In this document: piece by piece, positions 26,673 through 35,120 of the stretch
Position numbering within the stretch: position 1 is the stretch's first letter
Layout: the number at the start of each line of letters is the position of its first letter
Assembly (NCBI GenBank): GCA_964457885.1
Contig: CAYWFD010000001.1
Coordinates: forward strand, 1-38,513
Reading direction: 5' to 3'
From: an uncultured Gammaproteobacteria bacterium
GTDB lineage: Bacteria; Patescibacteriota; Patescibacteriia; Magasanikbacterales; UBA922
Length of the DNA stretch: 38,513 bases
The notes under the pieces: generated by a model
Told to the model about the DNA's origin: nothing
The model's input: the letters and a program-made list of their open reading frames with translations, nothing else
Database searches by the model: none
Made by a program: the position numbers and the translations under genes

Positions 26673-26837
26673 GAGACACCTTCCTTGTGAAGAGGATACT
26701 CGTGCATGGGCAGAATAGGCAAAAAAAGGCAAATAGTCAAGATAAAAGCGATAATTTTGCCTTATTTTAAGCAAAATGGAATAAAAAGTGATATCGGGTG
26801 TAGTACCAGTAAGAATAAGAAATATAGTAATGATCGT

Positions 26838-28796
26838 ATGGTTAAAAAAATATATCAGACAATACTCAAACACAAATTTATTTCAGCGGTGATTGCACTT
26901 CTCGTGATAGGAGGAGGTACGGTCGGGGTACGTGCATTGAGGTCCGGCAGTACCGAAGAGACACGATATGTATTAAGCCAGGCTGAAAAAGGTACTCTCT
27001 CGACGACTATTTCCGGAAGCGGGCAAGTCTCGGCGTCAAACCAGGTGGATCTCAAAGCAAAGGCATCGGGCGAGGTCGTGACATTGGTAATCAAAAATGG
27101 ACAAAAAGTGAAAACCGGGGATGTGTTGCTGACCCTCAATTCTGGTGACGCCTATGAAAATGTACGGGATGCACAAGATAATTTGGAAAGCGCCCGTCTG
27201 TCACTCGCAAAACTGACCAAATCAGCGGACGAACGATCAATGCTCCAGGCAGAAAACGCACTCGCGACGGCAAAAAACAATCTTGAAAAATTGAAATTGT
27301 CCCAGGAAATTGAAAAAGCAAAATCAGAGGAGTCGCAGAAAAAAGCCGAGGATGATCTTGAGACCGCATATGAAGATGCGTATGATGCATTATCAGAAAC
27401 ATTTATCGATATCCCGGATGTAATGTCGGGATTGTACAATGTACTCCTGAGTTATGAAATTATGAATTCAGAGCCTGGGTATGGAGTCTATACCAATGAT
27501 GGGGCATTCACCATGCATGTACGGTCTTCTGATGAGGATGATTATATACAAATTAGCCGGTTGGTAGAGACTGCCGTAGGTAAGTATCATGATGCCGATG
27601 AGGTATTTGAATCAGCGTCAGAAGAATTTTCAAGCCTGTCGAGAGGTGCTGATACAGCGGTGGTGGATGCGGTATTGAATGAGTCAGTGAGTGCGCTGAT
27701 AAAAATTTCTGATACCGTAAAAAGCACGCTAGCATTGCTCAGTTCTTGGGTTGAATACCGGGAAACGCACGAGCTCAAAGTGTTTGATATCGTTAAAGAG
27801 TATAAAACCGATACTGAGAATTTTGTCACGACCGTAAATAGTAATCTTTCATCGGTGCGTGGAATTCAGGAAAAGATACGGACAAGCAAACAGACCATTG
27901 TTGACGAGGAGCGAAGTCTCCGGGAGATGGAATTGAATAATCCGTTTGAATTCGAATCCGCTGAAAAGGAGATCAAAGACAAAGAATTGGCTCTCGCCGA
28001 ATTGGACGAAGGGGCAGATGAGCTTGAGTTGCGTCAGGCACAGATCACCGTGCGCCAGAGACAGACCGCCTTGACTAAAGCACAAAAAGAACTTGCAAAT
28101 TATGCGGTCAACGCACCGTTTGATGGAGTTATCGCTTCGGTTGATGCCAAAAAAGGAGAAACGATCTCATCGGGCGGCGCAATCGCCACCTTGATCACCG
28201 ACCAGCGAATTGCGGAAATTTCTCTCAATGAAGTTGATGTGGCACAGGTGGAAGTGGGGCAGAAAGTGAATCTGACTTTTGACGCAGTCGACGATTTGCA
28301 GATCACGGGAAGCGTCGCTGAAGTCAGTTCAATCGGTACGGCAAATCAGGGAGTGGTGAGCTACGACGTGGTGATTATTTTTGACACCCAAGACGAGCGT
28401 ATCAAGCCGGGCATGAGTGTGTCTGCGACAATTATTACCGAGATCAAACAGGGAGTGATTACGGTTCCGATCGGCGCGGTAAAGACGCAGGGAGATATAT
28501 CGTATGTGGAAGTGGTAGACGATGAGACTGCTATTGTCACGAACGGGGCAAATGGCGTGGCCCTTGGGACAGCGCCACGCCAACAAGTCGTTGAAGTAGG
28601 TATATCAAACGATACCATAATCGAAATTGTATCAGGATTGAATGAAGGTGACTATGTGGTCTCGCGTACGATCACCGCGACTGCAGGTACCGGCACCACA
28701 CAGACACAATCAGCGCCAAGTTTGTTTGGCAACACAGGTGCGGGGCAAACGCGTCAAGGAGTTGGCGGAGGCGGCACGATGCAATTCCCGCGATAA
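26838..28796 (+). CDS. HlyD/MacA-family periplasmic adaptor subunit with a very long coiled-coil hairpin
   Basis: The N-terminal TM segment is FISAVIALLVIGGGTV. The barrel-sandwich motifs are GEVVTLVIKNGQKVKTGDVLLTL and VNAPFDGVIASVDAKKGETI, with about 330 aa of heptad-like, Glu/Lys/Ala-rich sequence between them. The start is set at ATG 26838. Confidence 0.8.
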   Translation: MVKKIYQTILKHKFISAVIALLVIGGGTVGVRALRSGSTEETRYVLSQAEKGTLSTTISGSGQVSASNQVDLKAKASGEVVTLVIKNGQKVKTGDVLLTLNSGDAYENVRDAQDNLESARLSLAKLTKSADERSMLQAENALATAKNNLEKLKLSQEIEKAKSEESQKKAEDDLETAYEDAYDALSETFIDIPDVMSGLYNVLLSYEIMNSEPGYGVYTNDGAFTMHVRSSDEDDYIQISRLVETAVGKYHDADEVFESASEEFSSLSRGADTAVVDAVLNESVSALIKISDTVKSTLALLSSWVEYRETHELKVFDIVKEYKTDTENFVTTVNSNLSSVRGIQEKIRTSKQTIVDEERSLREMELNNPFEFESAEKEIKDKELALAELDEGADELELRQAQITVRQRQTALTKAQKELANYAVNAPFDGVIASVDAKKGETISSGGAIATLITDQRIAEISLNEVDVAQVEVGQKVNLTFDAVDDLQITGSVAEVSSIGTANQGVVSYDVVIIFDTQDERIKPGMSVSATIITEIKQGVITVPIGAVKTQGDISYVEVVDDETAIVTNGANGVALGTAPRQQVVEVGISNDTIIEIVSGLNEGDYVVSRTITATAGTGTTQTQSAPSLFGNTGAGQTRQGVGGGGTMQFPR

Positions 28797-28804
28797 TTAT
28801 TCCT

Positions 28805-29503
28805 ATGATTGAAGTTACGAATATTGAAAAAACATATCATACCGGGAAAGACGTTACGTTTCGTGCGCTGAAAGGAGTGAGCTTTACCATCCAGGATGGA
28901 GAGTTCGTAGCGATCATGGGTCCGTCGGGTTCCGGAAAATCCACGCTCATGCATATCTTGGGCGCGCTTGATACGCCAAGCGCGGGCACCTATCTCTTGG
29001 ATGGTAAAAATGTGGCGGATCTGACTGATGACGAACTTGCAGATATTCGGAAAGAAAAAATCGGATTTGTATTTCAGGCATTTAATCTATTGCCCCGGGC
29101 GACCGTACTCCGAAATGCAATGCTGCCGCTCATTTATACGGATATGGATGAGCGGGAACGCGTGAAGCGGGCGGAGGATTCGCTCCGTGCCGCAGGGCTT
29201 GATGACCAATATTTTACGCATCGATCAAACGAGTTGTCAGGAGGGCAGATCCAGCGCGTGGCGATCGCGCGAGCGCTGGTGAATAATCCGAGTCTCGTGC
29301 TTGCGGACGAGCCGACCGGAAACCTTGATTCAAAGACAGGAGAGATCGTATTGGGAACGTTTCAGAAATTGAATCGAGACCTGGGACGGACGATTGTGCT
29401 TATTACCCATGAGCAAGACGTGGCAGAACATGCAGATCGGATTATTTTTATCAAAGACGGGGCATTGATAAGTGACAAGCGTACGCACACTCACCCAAAA
29501 TAA
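28805..29503 (+). CDS. ABC transporter ATP-binding protein (MacB/LolD/FtsE type)
   Basis: Walker A GPSGSGKST, Q-loop, signature LSGGQIQRVAIARAL, Walker B LVLADEPTGNLD and H-loop ITHE. Confidence 0.9.
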   Translation: MIEVTNIEKTYHTGKDVTFRALKGVSFTIQDGEFVAIMGPSGSGKSTLMHILGALDTPSAGTYLLDGKNVADLTDDELADIRKEKIGFVFQAFNLLPRATVLRNAMLPLIYTDMDERERVKRAEDSLRAAGLDDQYFTHRSNELSGGQIQRVAIARALVNNPSLVLADEPTGNLDSKTGEIVLGTFQKLNRDLGRTIVLITHEQDVAEHADRIIFIKDGALISDKRTHTHPK

Positions 29504-29506
29504 GAT

Positions 29507-30730
29507 ATGAAAACCAAGGATCTATTCCATGAAATCTATGAAGCGCTCTCAACAAATAAGGTACGATCAAGCTTGACCATACTCGGTATTGTGATTGGTA
29601 TTAGTTCAGTTATTGCGATGGTTGCAATCGGTCAGGGTGCAAAATCATCAATTGAATCAAGTATTCAGTCAATTGGCTCTAATCTTATTACCGTGAGTCC
29701 AGGAATGCAGCGAGGGGCAGGGGTACAAGTAAGTAGTGGCAGAGGCTCTGCTCGTACACTGACGTCTGATGATGCAGAAGCAATCGGAACCGAAGTTGAA
29801 GGTGTTGGTGCGGTGGCAGCTGAATTATCGGGGAGATACCAGATTACGGCAAAAGGTAATAATACCAATACATCGGTCGTAGGGGTGGATGAAGCATATC
29901 CGACGGTCAAAAACATCGCGATCGCGGAGGGTGCCTTTATCACCGAACAGCATCTGAAAAGCAATACGAAAGTCGCGGTGCTCGGTCCTACTACGCGCGA
30001 TGACTTGTTTGGCGAAGGAGTTGAAGCTGTGGGGCAGACCATCCGTATCAATAAGATTGAATTCAAAGTGATTGGGATCACTCAAGCAAAAGGCGGTACC
30101 GGATTCAATAATCCTGACGACCAAATCTATATCCCGCTCACGACTGCGCAGCGATTTCTTGCGGGAGACAGCTATGTCACCTCCATCGGAGTACAAGCGG
30201 TCGACGCGGCGTCCATGACGAGTGTACAGGAAGGGGTTACGAATCTGTTGTTGCAGCGGCACAATATTTCAGACCCTGCGAATGCAGACTTCAGTACGAT
30301 CAATCAGGCAGACATTGTTGCGACCGCATCAAGCGTCACTGAGACATTTACTACCTTACTCGCAGCAGTCGCGGGAATTTCTCTCGTCGTCGGCGGAATC
30401 GGAATCATGAATATGATGTTGACCACTGTGACCGAGCGTACCCGCGAAATCGGGCTCAGAAAAGCAATTGGTGCAAAACGGCATGATATTAATTTACAGT
30501 TTTTGACCGAATCAGTGGTGCTCACGTTTTTGGGAGGGATCATCGGTACCTTTGTCGGGTGGATTATCTCGGTCACGTTGACGCATTTTGGCGTAATACA
30601 GACCAAAGTATCTCTTTCGTCAGTCCTACTTGCGTTCGGAGTGTCAGCGGCGATTGGAATCCTGTTCGGATACTATCCTGCCAAGCGCGCATCCAGTCTT
30701 AATCCAATTCAAGCTTTGAGATATGAATAG
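29507..30730 (+). CDS. ABC transporter permease (MacB_PCD plus FtsX domain)
   Basis: NKVRSSLTILGIVIGISSVIAMVAIG and a large extracytoplasmic domain, followed by IGGIGIMNMMLTTVTERTREIGLRKAIGA and YYPAKRASSLNPIQALRYE. Confidence 0.85.
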   Translation: MKTKDLFHEIYEALSTNKVRSSLTILGIVIGISSVIAMVAIGQGAKSSIESSIQSIGSNLITVSPGMQRGAGVQVSSGRGSARTLTSDDAEAIGTEVEGVGAVAAELSGRYQITAKGNNTNTSVVGVDEAYPTVKNIAIAEGAFITEQHLKSNTKVAVLGPTTRDDLFGEGVEAVGQTIRINKIEFKVIGITQAKGGTGFNNPDDQIYIPLTTAQRFLAGDSYVTSIGVQAVDAASMTSVQEGVTNLLLQRHNISDPANADFSTINQADIVATASSVTETFTTLLAAVAGISLVVGGIGIMNMMLTTVTERTREIGLRKAIGAKRHDINLQFLTESVVLTFLGGIIGTFVGWIISVTLTHFGVIQTKVSLSSVLLAFGVSAAIGILFGYYPAKRASSLNPIQALRYE

Positions 30731-30782
30731 TTCGTAATATCGACAATCTTTTTATTTATCTTTTATTATAATAGTAATCTCT

Positions 30783-31253
30783 ATGAATAAAACAATTGGA
30801 GTTCTCAGTGTGTGCATACTCGTTGCAGGTATCGGAGGATTTTTTGGAGGAATGCAATATCAGAAAAGTAAAAGCCCGATGCAATTCGGGAACATGATGA
30901 ATAGTGGGGCTACGGGTATGACGCAGCAGGGAAGAATGGGACAGGGTGGAACCATGGGGCGGTTTGCGGGAGGCGCTGGATTTACCAGTGGCGAAATACT
31001 TTCTAAAGATGAGAGTAGTATGACCGTAAAATTGATGGACGGCGGCTCAAAAATAGTATTGTTTTCCGCTTCAACCACGGTCATGAAAGCGACTGAAGTG
31101 TCGAAGGATGAGTTGACCGTGGGCGAGCAGGTAACGGTCACTGGAGCTGCAAATACAGATGGAACGGTAAGCGCGCAATCAATCCAGGTGCGCACGGGGA
31201 ATATGCAGGTACCAGAAGGAATGATGCCGCCTGACAATGCTGAAGCAGGTTAA
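30783..31253 (+). CDS. membrane-anchored/secreted protein with a Gly/Met/Gln-rich linker and a DUF5666-like beta domain
   Basis: The N-terminal TM segment is IGVLSVCILVAGIGGFFGG. The low-complexity stretch is MQFGNMMNSGATGMTQQGRMGQGGTMGRFAGGAG. SGEILSKDESSMTVKL...LTVGEQVTVTG..NTDGTVSAQSIQV follows. The family assignment is from memory only. Confidence 0.4.
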   Translation: MNKTIGVLSVCILVAGIGGFFGGMQYQKSKSPMQFGNMMNSGATGMTQQGRMGQGGTMGRFAGGAGFTSGEILSKDESSMTVKLMDGGSKIVLFSASTTVMKATEVSKDELTVGEQVTVTGAANTDGTVSAQSIQVRTGNMQVPEGMMPPDNAEAG

Positions 31254-31261
31254 GCTAATAT

Positions 31262-31285
31262 AAAACACCCGGTGAAGGGTGTTTT
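31262..31285. terminator. bidirectional intrinsic terminator (AAAACACCC...GGGTGTTTT type)
   Basis: AAAACACCC-ggtgaa-GGGTGTTTT lies between the convergent 30783..31253 (+) and DoxX (-) genes. Confidence 0.65.
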
Positions 31286-31293
31286 ATATTGCG

Positions 31294-31689
31294 CTACATT
31301 TTTCTGTCAGTATCCGTAACAACCAGTTTTCGATTCACGGGTCTCAGATACCACGATACTACGGTCAGGGTCAGAAGTAAAACTGCAGGTATCATCTCTT
31401 GCACCGAATCGCGTGATGCGATATGGGAGAATACTGCCCCTGACATGGTGAAGAAGAATCCTGCATATGCCCATTCTTTGACCAAAGGATATCTCGGTAC
31501 CAGTATTGCCACAACCCCTAGAATTTTCCAAATACCGAGTAGGGTAAGAAAATAAGCCGGATAGCCCAAATCCAAAATAAATTGTACTTCCTGTTCGGTA
31601 CGTAATAGCTGGATAATTCCGCTTGAAAGCATGCCGAGCGAAAGCCACAGGGTCGCGATCCAGTAGACAATCTTGGTACGTTTACTCAT
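31294..31689 (-). CDS. DoxX-like family membrane protein
   Basis: It is 131 aa with four hydrophobic segments: IVYWIATLWLSLGMLSSG, LGIWKILGVVAILVP, EWAYAGFFFTMSGAVFSH. Confidence 0.6.
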   Translation of the reverse strand: MSKRTKIVYWIATLWLSLGMLSSGIIQLLRTEQEVQFILDLGYPAYFLTLLGIWKILGVVAILVPRYPLVKEWAYAGFFFTMSGAVFSHIASRDSVQEMIPAVLLLTLTVVSWYLRPVNRKLVVTDTDRKM

Positions 31690-31808
31690 AGGGTGAATAT
31701 AATGATTTAATTGACGATACTATACGTGAGTATGTCGATAATGTAAATATTCCCGGGTCCGGCACCGCCCATTTCAAAAAGAGTCTGCACATGGTAGTAT
31801 CTCTGCAT

Positions 31809-32849
31809 ATGATCAAACGATTCGGAAAAGCTCCGCACGGCAAACGATTGGAAAAAATCAAAAATTCTCCGCAGTATAAGGACGGTAAATTTCATAATCT
31901 GAAGCCGACACCTATGCTTGCAGAGGGAGCGACCTATGCATCAGTCATCTACGACTTTCTTCGAAGCAAGAATACGCGCAGACGTCCTGCAACTGCAATT
32001 CCTGCCGCCAAGACAGATCTGCATACACTCCCTCACACCGGAGACTATCTGGTATGGTTCGGGCATTCGTCATATTTCATGCAGATTGACGGTAAGCGGA
32101 TTCTCGTCGATCCGGTACTGAGCGGAAGTGCGTCACCGATCAAAGGGTTAAACAAATCGTTTAAAGGTTCTGATCAATACCGTGCAAAAGATATTCCCGC
32201 CGTAGATTTTCTTTTTTTGACGCACGATCATTATGATCATACAGATTATGACACGCTCGTAGAATTGCAGCCGAAAGTGGGTGTGGTCGTGTGTGGATTG
32301 GGTGTGGGTTCGCATCTGGAATATTGGGGATATGATGCAGCACATATCCATGAGACAGATTGGGGTGAAGTCGTGGTATTGGGAAATGGATTCACGGTAC
32401 ATACCACCCCTGCGCGGCATTTTTCTGGCAGAGGATTTTCACGAAATAATACCCTGTGGGTATCATTCGTACTCACGACACCGACCATGAATATATTTAT
32501 CGGGGGAGACGGTGGCTATGATACGCATTTCAAGGAAATCGGGGACACCTACGGACCGTTTGATGTGGTAATTCTCGAAGACGGACAATATAGCCAAAGC
32601 TGGAAATACATTCATCTTTTGCCCGAGGAAGTGCTCCAGGCAGCAAAAGATCTGCGGGGGAAGCGTTTGCTCCCGGTCCATTCGGGAAAATTCATGATGT
32701 CGAATCATGCGTGGGATGAGCCACTCGAGCGGATTACTGAATTGTGTACACAAGAAGGGCTACCGATCATAACCCCGATGATCGGGGAGAGAGTGGATTT
32801 GAAAGACGGCAATCAGAAATTTCGTGAATGGTGGAAAGGGGTTGAGTGA
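31809..32849 (+). CDS. MBL-fold metallo-hydrolase (COG2220/NAPE-PLD-like)
   Basis: The HxHxDH motif is in FLFLTHDHYDHTDYDT. The N-terminus FGKAPHGKRLEKIKNSPQYKDGKFHN is typical of this subfamily. The start could also be 31791. Confidence 0.8.
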   Translation: MIKRFGKAPHGKRLEKIKNSPQYKDGKFHNLKPTPMLAEGATYASVIYDFLRSKNTRRRPATAIPAAKTDLHTLPHTGDYLVWFGHSSYFMQIDGKRILVDPVLSGSASPIKGLNKSFKGSDQYRAKDIPAVDFLFLTHDHYDHTDYDTLVELQPKVGVVVCGLGVGSHLEYWGYDAAHIHETDWGEVVVLGNGFTVHTTPARHFSGRGFSRNNTLWVSFVLTTPTMNIFIGGDGGYDTHFKEIGDTYGPFDVVILEDGQYSQSWKYIHLLPEEVLQAAKDLRGKRLLPVHSGKFMMSNHAWDEPLERITELCTQEGLPIITPMIGERVDLKDGNQKFREWWKGVE

Positions 32850-32896
32850 GATTTTGTCCCCTCAATGACATCCTTTTGAAGAAAATCATAATAGGG

Positions 32897-32933
32897 GATG
32901 GAACAGAAGCGTCTCGTGACGAACTGTTCCATC
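32897..32933. other. 10-bp perfect inverted repeat at a composition boundary
   Basis: GATGGAACAG (32897..32906) pairs with CTGTTCCATC (32924..32933) across a 17-nt loop containing a nested CGTC/GACG stem. It lies between the convergent MBL gene and the sigma fragment and has no U-tract. Confidence 0.3.
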
Positions 32934-32984
32934 GAGGGAGCATTGCTGCTCCATTACCATCCGGCACATAGCACTACGCACCTA

Positions 32985-33337
32985 CTACGTCCCGCCCCGC
33001 ATATATCCGAAACGGATTTTGCGGAGGGCAGCCTCTTCGCGTTGCCGTACGCGCTCGCGTGTGAGACCGAGCGTTTCGCCGATCTCCTCAAGCGTTTCCG
33101 CGGGACGCCCGCCGAGTCCGTATCTGCGAGCGAGAATTTCACGGTCTTTGGCCTTGAGCTCGACCGCATACAGCAAGTGAGCGAGCTCCTGGCGGATCGC
33201 AAACACCTCGGCGTCGGTGTCTGCATGTTTCCCGGCACCGAGTGTCTCATCGCCAATCACATCTTGGTACGTTCCCTTATCAGTAGTGCCCCGGACGAGC
33301 GGTTGCTGCATGCTCACCGATTTGCTTCGGTAGATGG
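32985..33337 (-). pseudogene. sigma-70 family fragment (regions 3.2-4 only)
   Basis: SVSMQQPLVRGTTDKGTYQDVIGDE resembles the region 3.2 pattern (sLd.Pig....lgD.i.D). LKAKDREILARRYGLGGRPAETLEEIGETLGLTRERVRQREEAALRKIR is the region 4.2 HTH. Regions 1-2 are absent. GC is about 68% in a hand-counted line. Confidence 0.6.
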
Positions 33338-33585
33338 ACAGTGCCTGCAGCAGCAGCGAGAACTGGTTTTCCCAGTGAGCTGCATCCATCGCCAACGATG
33401 TCGATCGCATAGCGATCATCCGTGTACTGTCCACCGTAGTCGATGTGGCTCTGCGTGTTGTAGGTGCGGGTAAGCTTCCAGGTTTCCCCTCCAGGAAAGG
33501 GAAACTTGAGAGTAGGTTGAGCATGTGTGCTGCTACAGAGCAGTATCACACATGTCATTGCTAGAAAACTTAGAACGCGGTTCAC
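33338..33585 (-). pseudogene. M23 peptidase 5' fragment (signal peptide plus first half of the catalytic domain)
   Basis: The GTG start at 33585 is preceded by AAGGAG. The signal peptide is MNRVLSFLAMTCVILLCSSTHA. SHIDYGGQYTDDRYAIDIVGDGCSSLGKPVLAAAAGTV matches the H...D and G.PV.A.A.G.V part of M23 domains. The frame breaks at about 33337, where the sigma homology begins in another frame. Confidence 0.55.
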
Positions 33586-33637
33586 TTTCTTTTCTCCTTT
33601 ATCCCGGGTTGAATGAGATTTCTATTAAATAAGAAAC

Positions 33638-33662
33638 CTCTATAGGGACAGTGGCTATAGAG
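33638..33662 (-). terminator. probable terminator of the 33684..34820 gene
   Basis: CTCTATAG (33638..33645) pairs with CTATAGAG (33655..33662) in an 8-bp stem, followed on the minus strand by the T-rich GTTTCTTATTT. Confidence 0.4.
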
Positions 33663-33683
33663 ATTTCCTATTTAGATAATTTT

Positions 33684-34820
33684 TTACTTTAAAATAGTAG
33701 AAAAAATTCCTTTTACTACATCACTATTTATCATGCTCTGTACGCCAGTTTTAGGATTATTTCTGTAGGTGTCTTCAATGTCTATATGTACAAGATATCC
33801 CGTATTTTCTTTACTCTTTGTAAGAATTTGTACACAATAATTTGATTCTGCATATCCGCAATAAGTAAATAAAGCGAATGCATTTAAATCATTTTTACTT
33901 ACTTTTTCTGAGTATTGAATATGTTCCTGTAGATAGGGTGCTGTACCATTTTTATATTCTCCCTTAGACTGTATCAATTGAGAGCGTAAATTTTCAATAT
34001 CTGTGTCAAAGTTTATTTCATTAGGAGTGAAAGAAGTTGGCGTACCTTCTCCCATGCCTAGTGCAAAATCAGGACTCATAATGAAGAGTGTGTAACCAGG
34101 CTTACTATCAAAAGTCATTTCGTAGCGGATCCCGCGATCAAATCCGTGTAATGTAACATTTTTATACTCATTAGAGATTCCGATATTTTTCAGAGAAGTA
34201 GACAGTTGCTTAACAATGTTGTCATATTTCTGACTAATTGATGGAGAAATTAATCGAAGAACACTAATTGAATCACGAGTTGCAAAATTATCTGGTATTT
34301 GTTGTGAAAATTGAATTTGATATGCGCATTCTTTATCAAGTGTTGCATCTGCACAGGTGATTATAATATTGGACCCTTCCAGGGATATGGAACCTATTCT
34401 ATTAACATCTTTAATTTGTGTATCAAAATAAACAATAAAAGGTTGGTCATTTCGAATGAAAGACGTTTTTAAAATGATTGTTGATGTAGTCGGAATATAT
34501 GCAACATCTTCTTTGCTTATTCGGTAAATAGTGTATAAAATATTCTTTTCAGAATCATTGATTGTTTTTACTTCCAGGGCCTTTTTAAGAATCTCATCTA
34601 AATCAGAAATAAAAAGTTGATTTATATGACGTATTTCCCCAACAGTATAAGGTTTTGATGCATCGTTGGTGCTAGTTGGGGTAATTGTGTCGGGATTTTG
34701 ATCATTAGGGCTAGTTACAATAGGAGAGTTTTTAGTAATGTACATATCGTACACAAACCATCCGCCTACCGCGAGAACAACAACTGCAACGAGTATTCCG
34801 ATTTGAGTATTTCTATTCAT
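33684..34820 (-). CDS. membrane-anchored hypothetical protein (378 aa), no recognisable domain
   Basis: It is the long clean ORF in an about 28% GC segment. The N-terminal TM segment is IGILVAVVVLAVGGWFV, followed by a Thr/Pro/Asn-rich linker. I recognise no family motifs. Confidence 0.5.
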   Translation of the reverse strand: MNRNTQIGILVAVVVLAVGGWFVYDMYITKNSPIVTSPNDQNPDTITPTSTNDASKPYTVGEIRHINQLFISDLDEILKKALEVKTINDSEKNILYTIYRISKEDVAYIPTTSTIILKTSFIRNDQPFIVYFDTQIKDVNRIGSISLEGSNIIITCADATLDKECAYQIQFSQQIPDNFATRDSISVLRLISPSISQKYDNIVKQLSTSLKNIGISNEYKNVTLHGFDRGIRYEMTFDSKPGYTLFIMSPDFALGMGEGTPTSFTPNEINFDTDIENLRSQLIQSKGEYKNGTAPYLQEHIQYSEKVSKNDLNAFALFTYCGYAESNYCVQILTKSKENTGYLVHIDIEDTYRNNPKTGVQSMINSDVVKGIFSTILK

Positions 34821-34902
34821 ACATAAAAAGTTAAGATTTTAGGCTATATTTACACGAATTTGCCTAATTGTCAATAAATATATACTACTTGTTTTGAAAA
34901 GT

Positions 34903-34930
34903 AAAAACACCCCAATCGGGGTGTTTTTTT
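34903..34930. terminator. orphan bidirectional hairpin (AAAACACCC...GGGTGTTTT type)
   Basis: AAAAACACCCC-aatc-GGGGTGTTTTTTT. It lies upstream of both flanking (divergent) genes, so it terminates no annotated transcript. Confidence 0.5.
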
Positions 34931-35062
34931 GAGTGCTCATCTTCAGTATCCGTCTCGGACACATACCAGGGCTACTCAAGTTCGTGCACCACCTCAGTCC
35001 TAAGGGGATACCCATCTCGGTCGGGGGCCTATTTTTATAAAATGAGACAAATGAGACACTTA

Positions 35063-35090
35063 TTGAACATATTCAAATATCTGGTAGTAT
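35063..35090 (+). promoter_or_regulatory. putative promoter for the MOSC gene
   Basis: TTGAAC (35063..35068), 16-nt spacer, TGgTAGTAT (TAGTAT 35085..35090). The RBS AAAGGAG lies 7 nt before the ATG at 35121. Confidence 0.4.
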
Positions 35091-35120
35091 AGTCACAAAC
35101 CCACGAAAAGGAGTCTGGGT

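Noticed and set aside
32898-33473. 191-aa plus-strand ORF
   Set aside because: It is antisense to the sigma-70 fragment in 68% GC DNA, where stop codons are rare. The translation is Arg/Cys/His-rich noise, whereas the minus strand gives clear sigma region 4 homology.
34931-35030. Possible SRP (4.5S) RNA, tRNA or tRNA-fragment attachment site
   Set aside because: I could not find the SRP domain IV consensus (…GGUCCGGAAGGAAGCAGCC…) or a T-arm (GGTTCGAnnCC with flanking complementary stems) on either strand. It is kept only as a low-interest unexplained segment.
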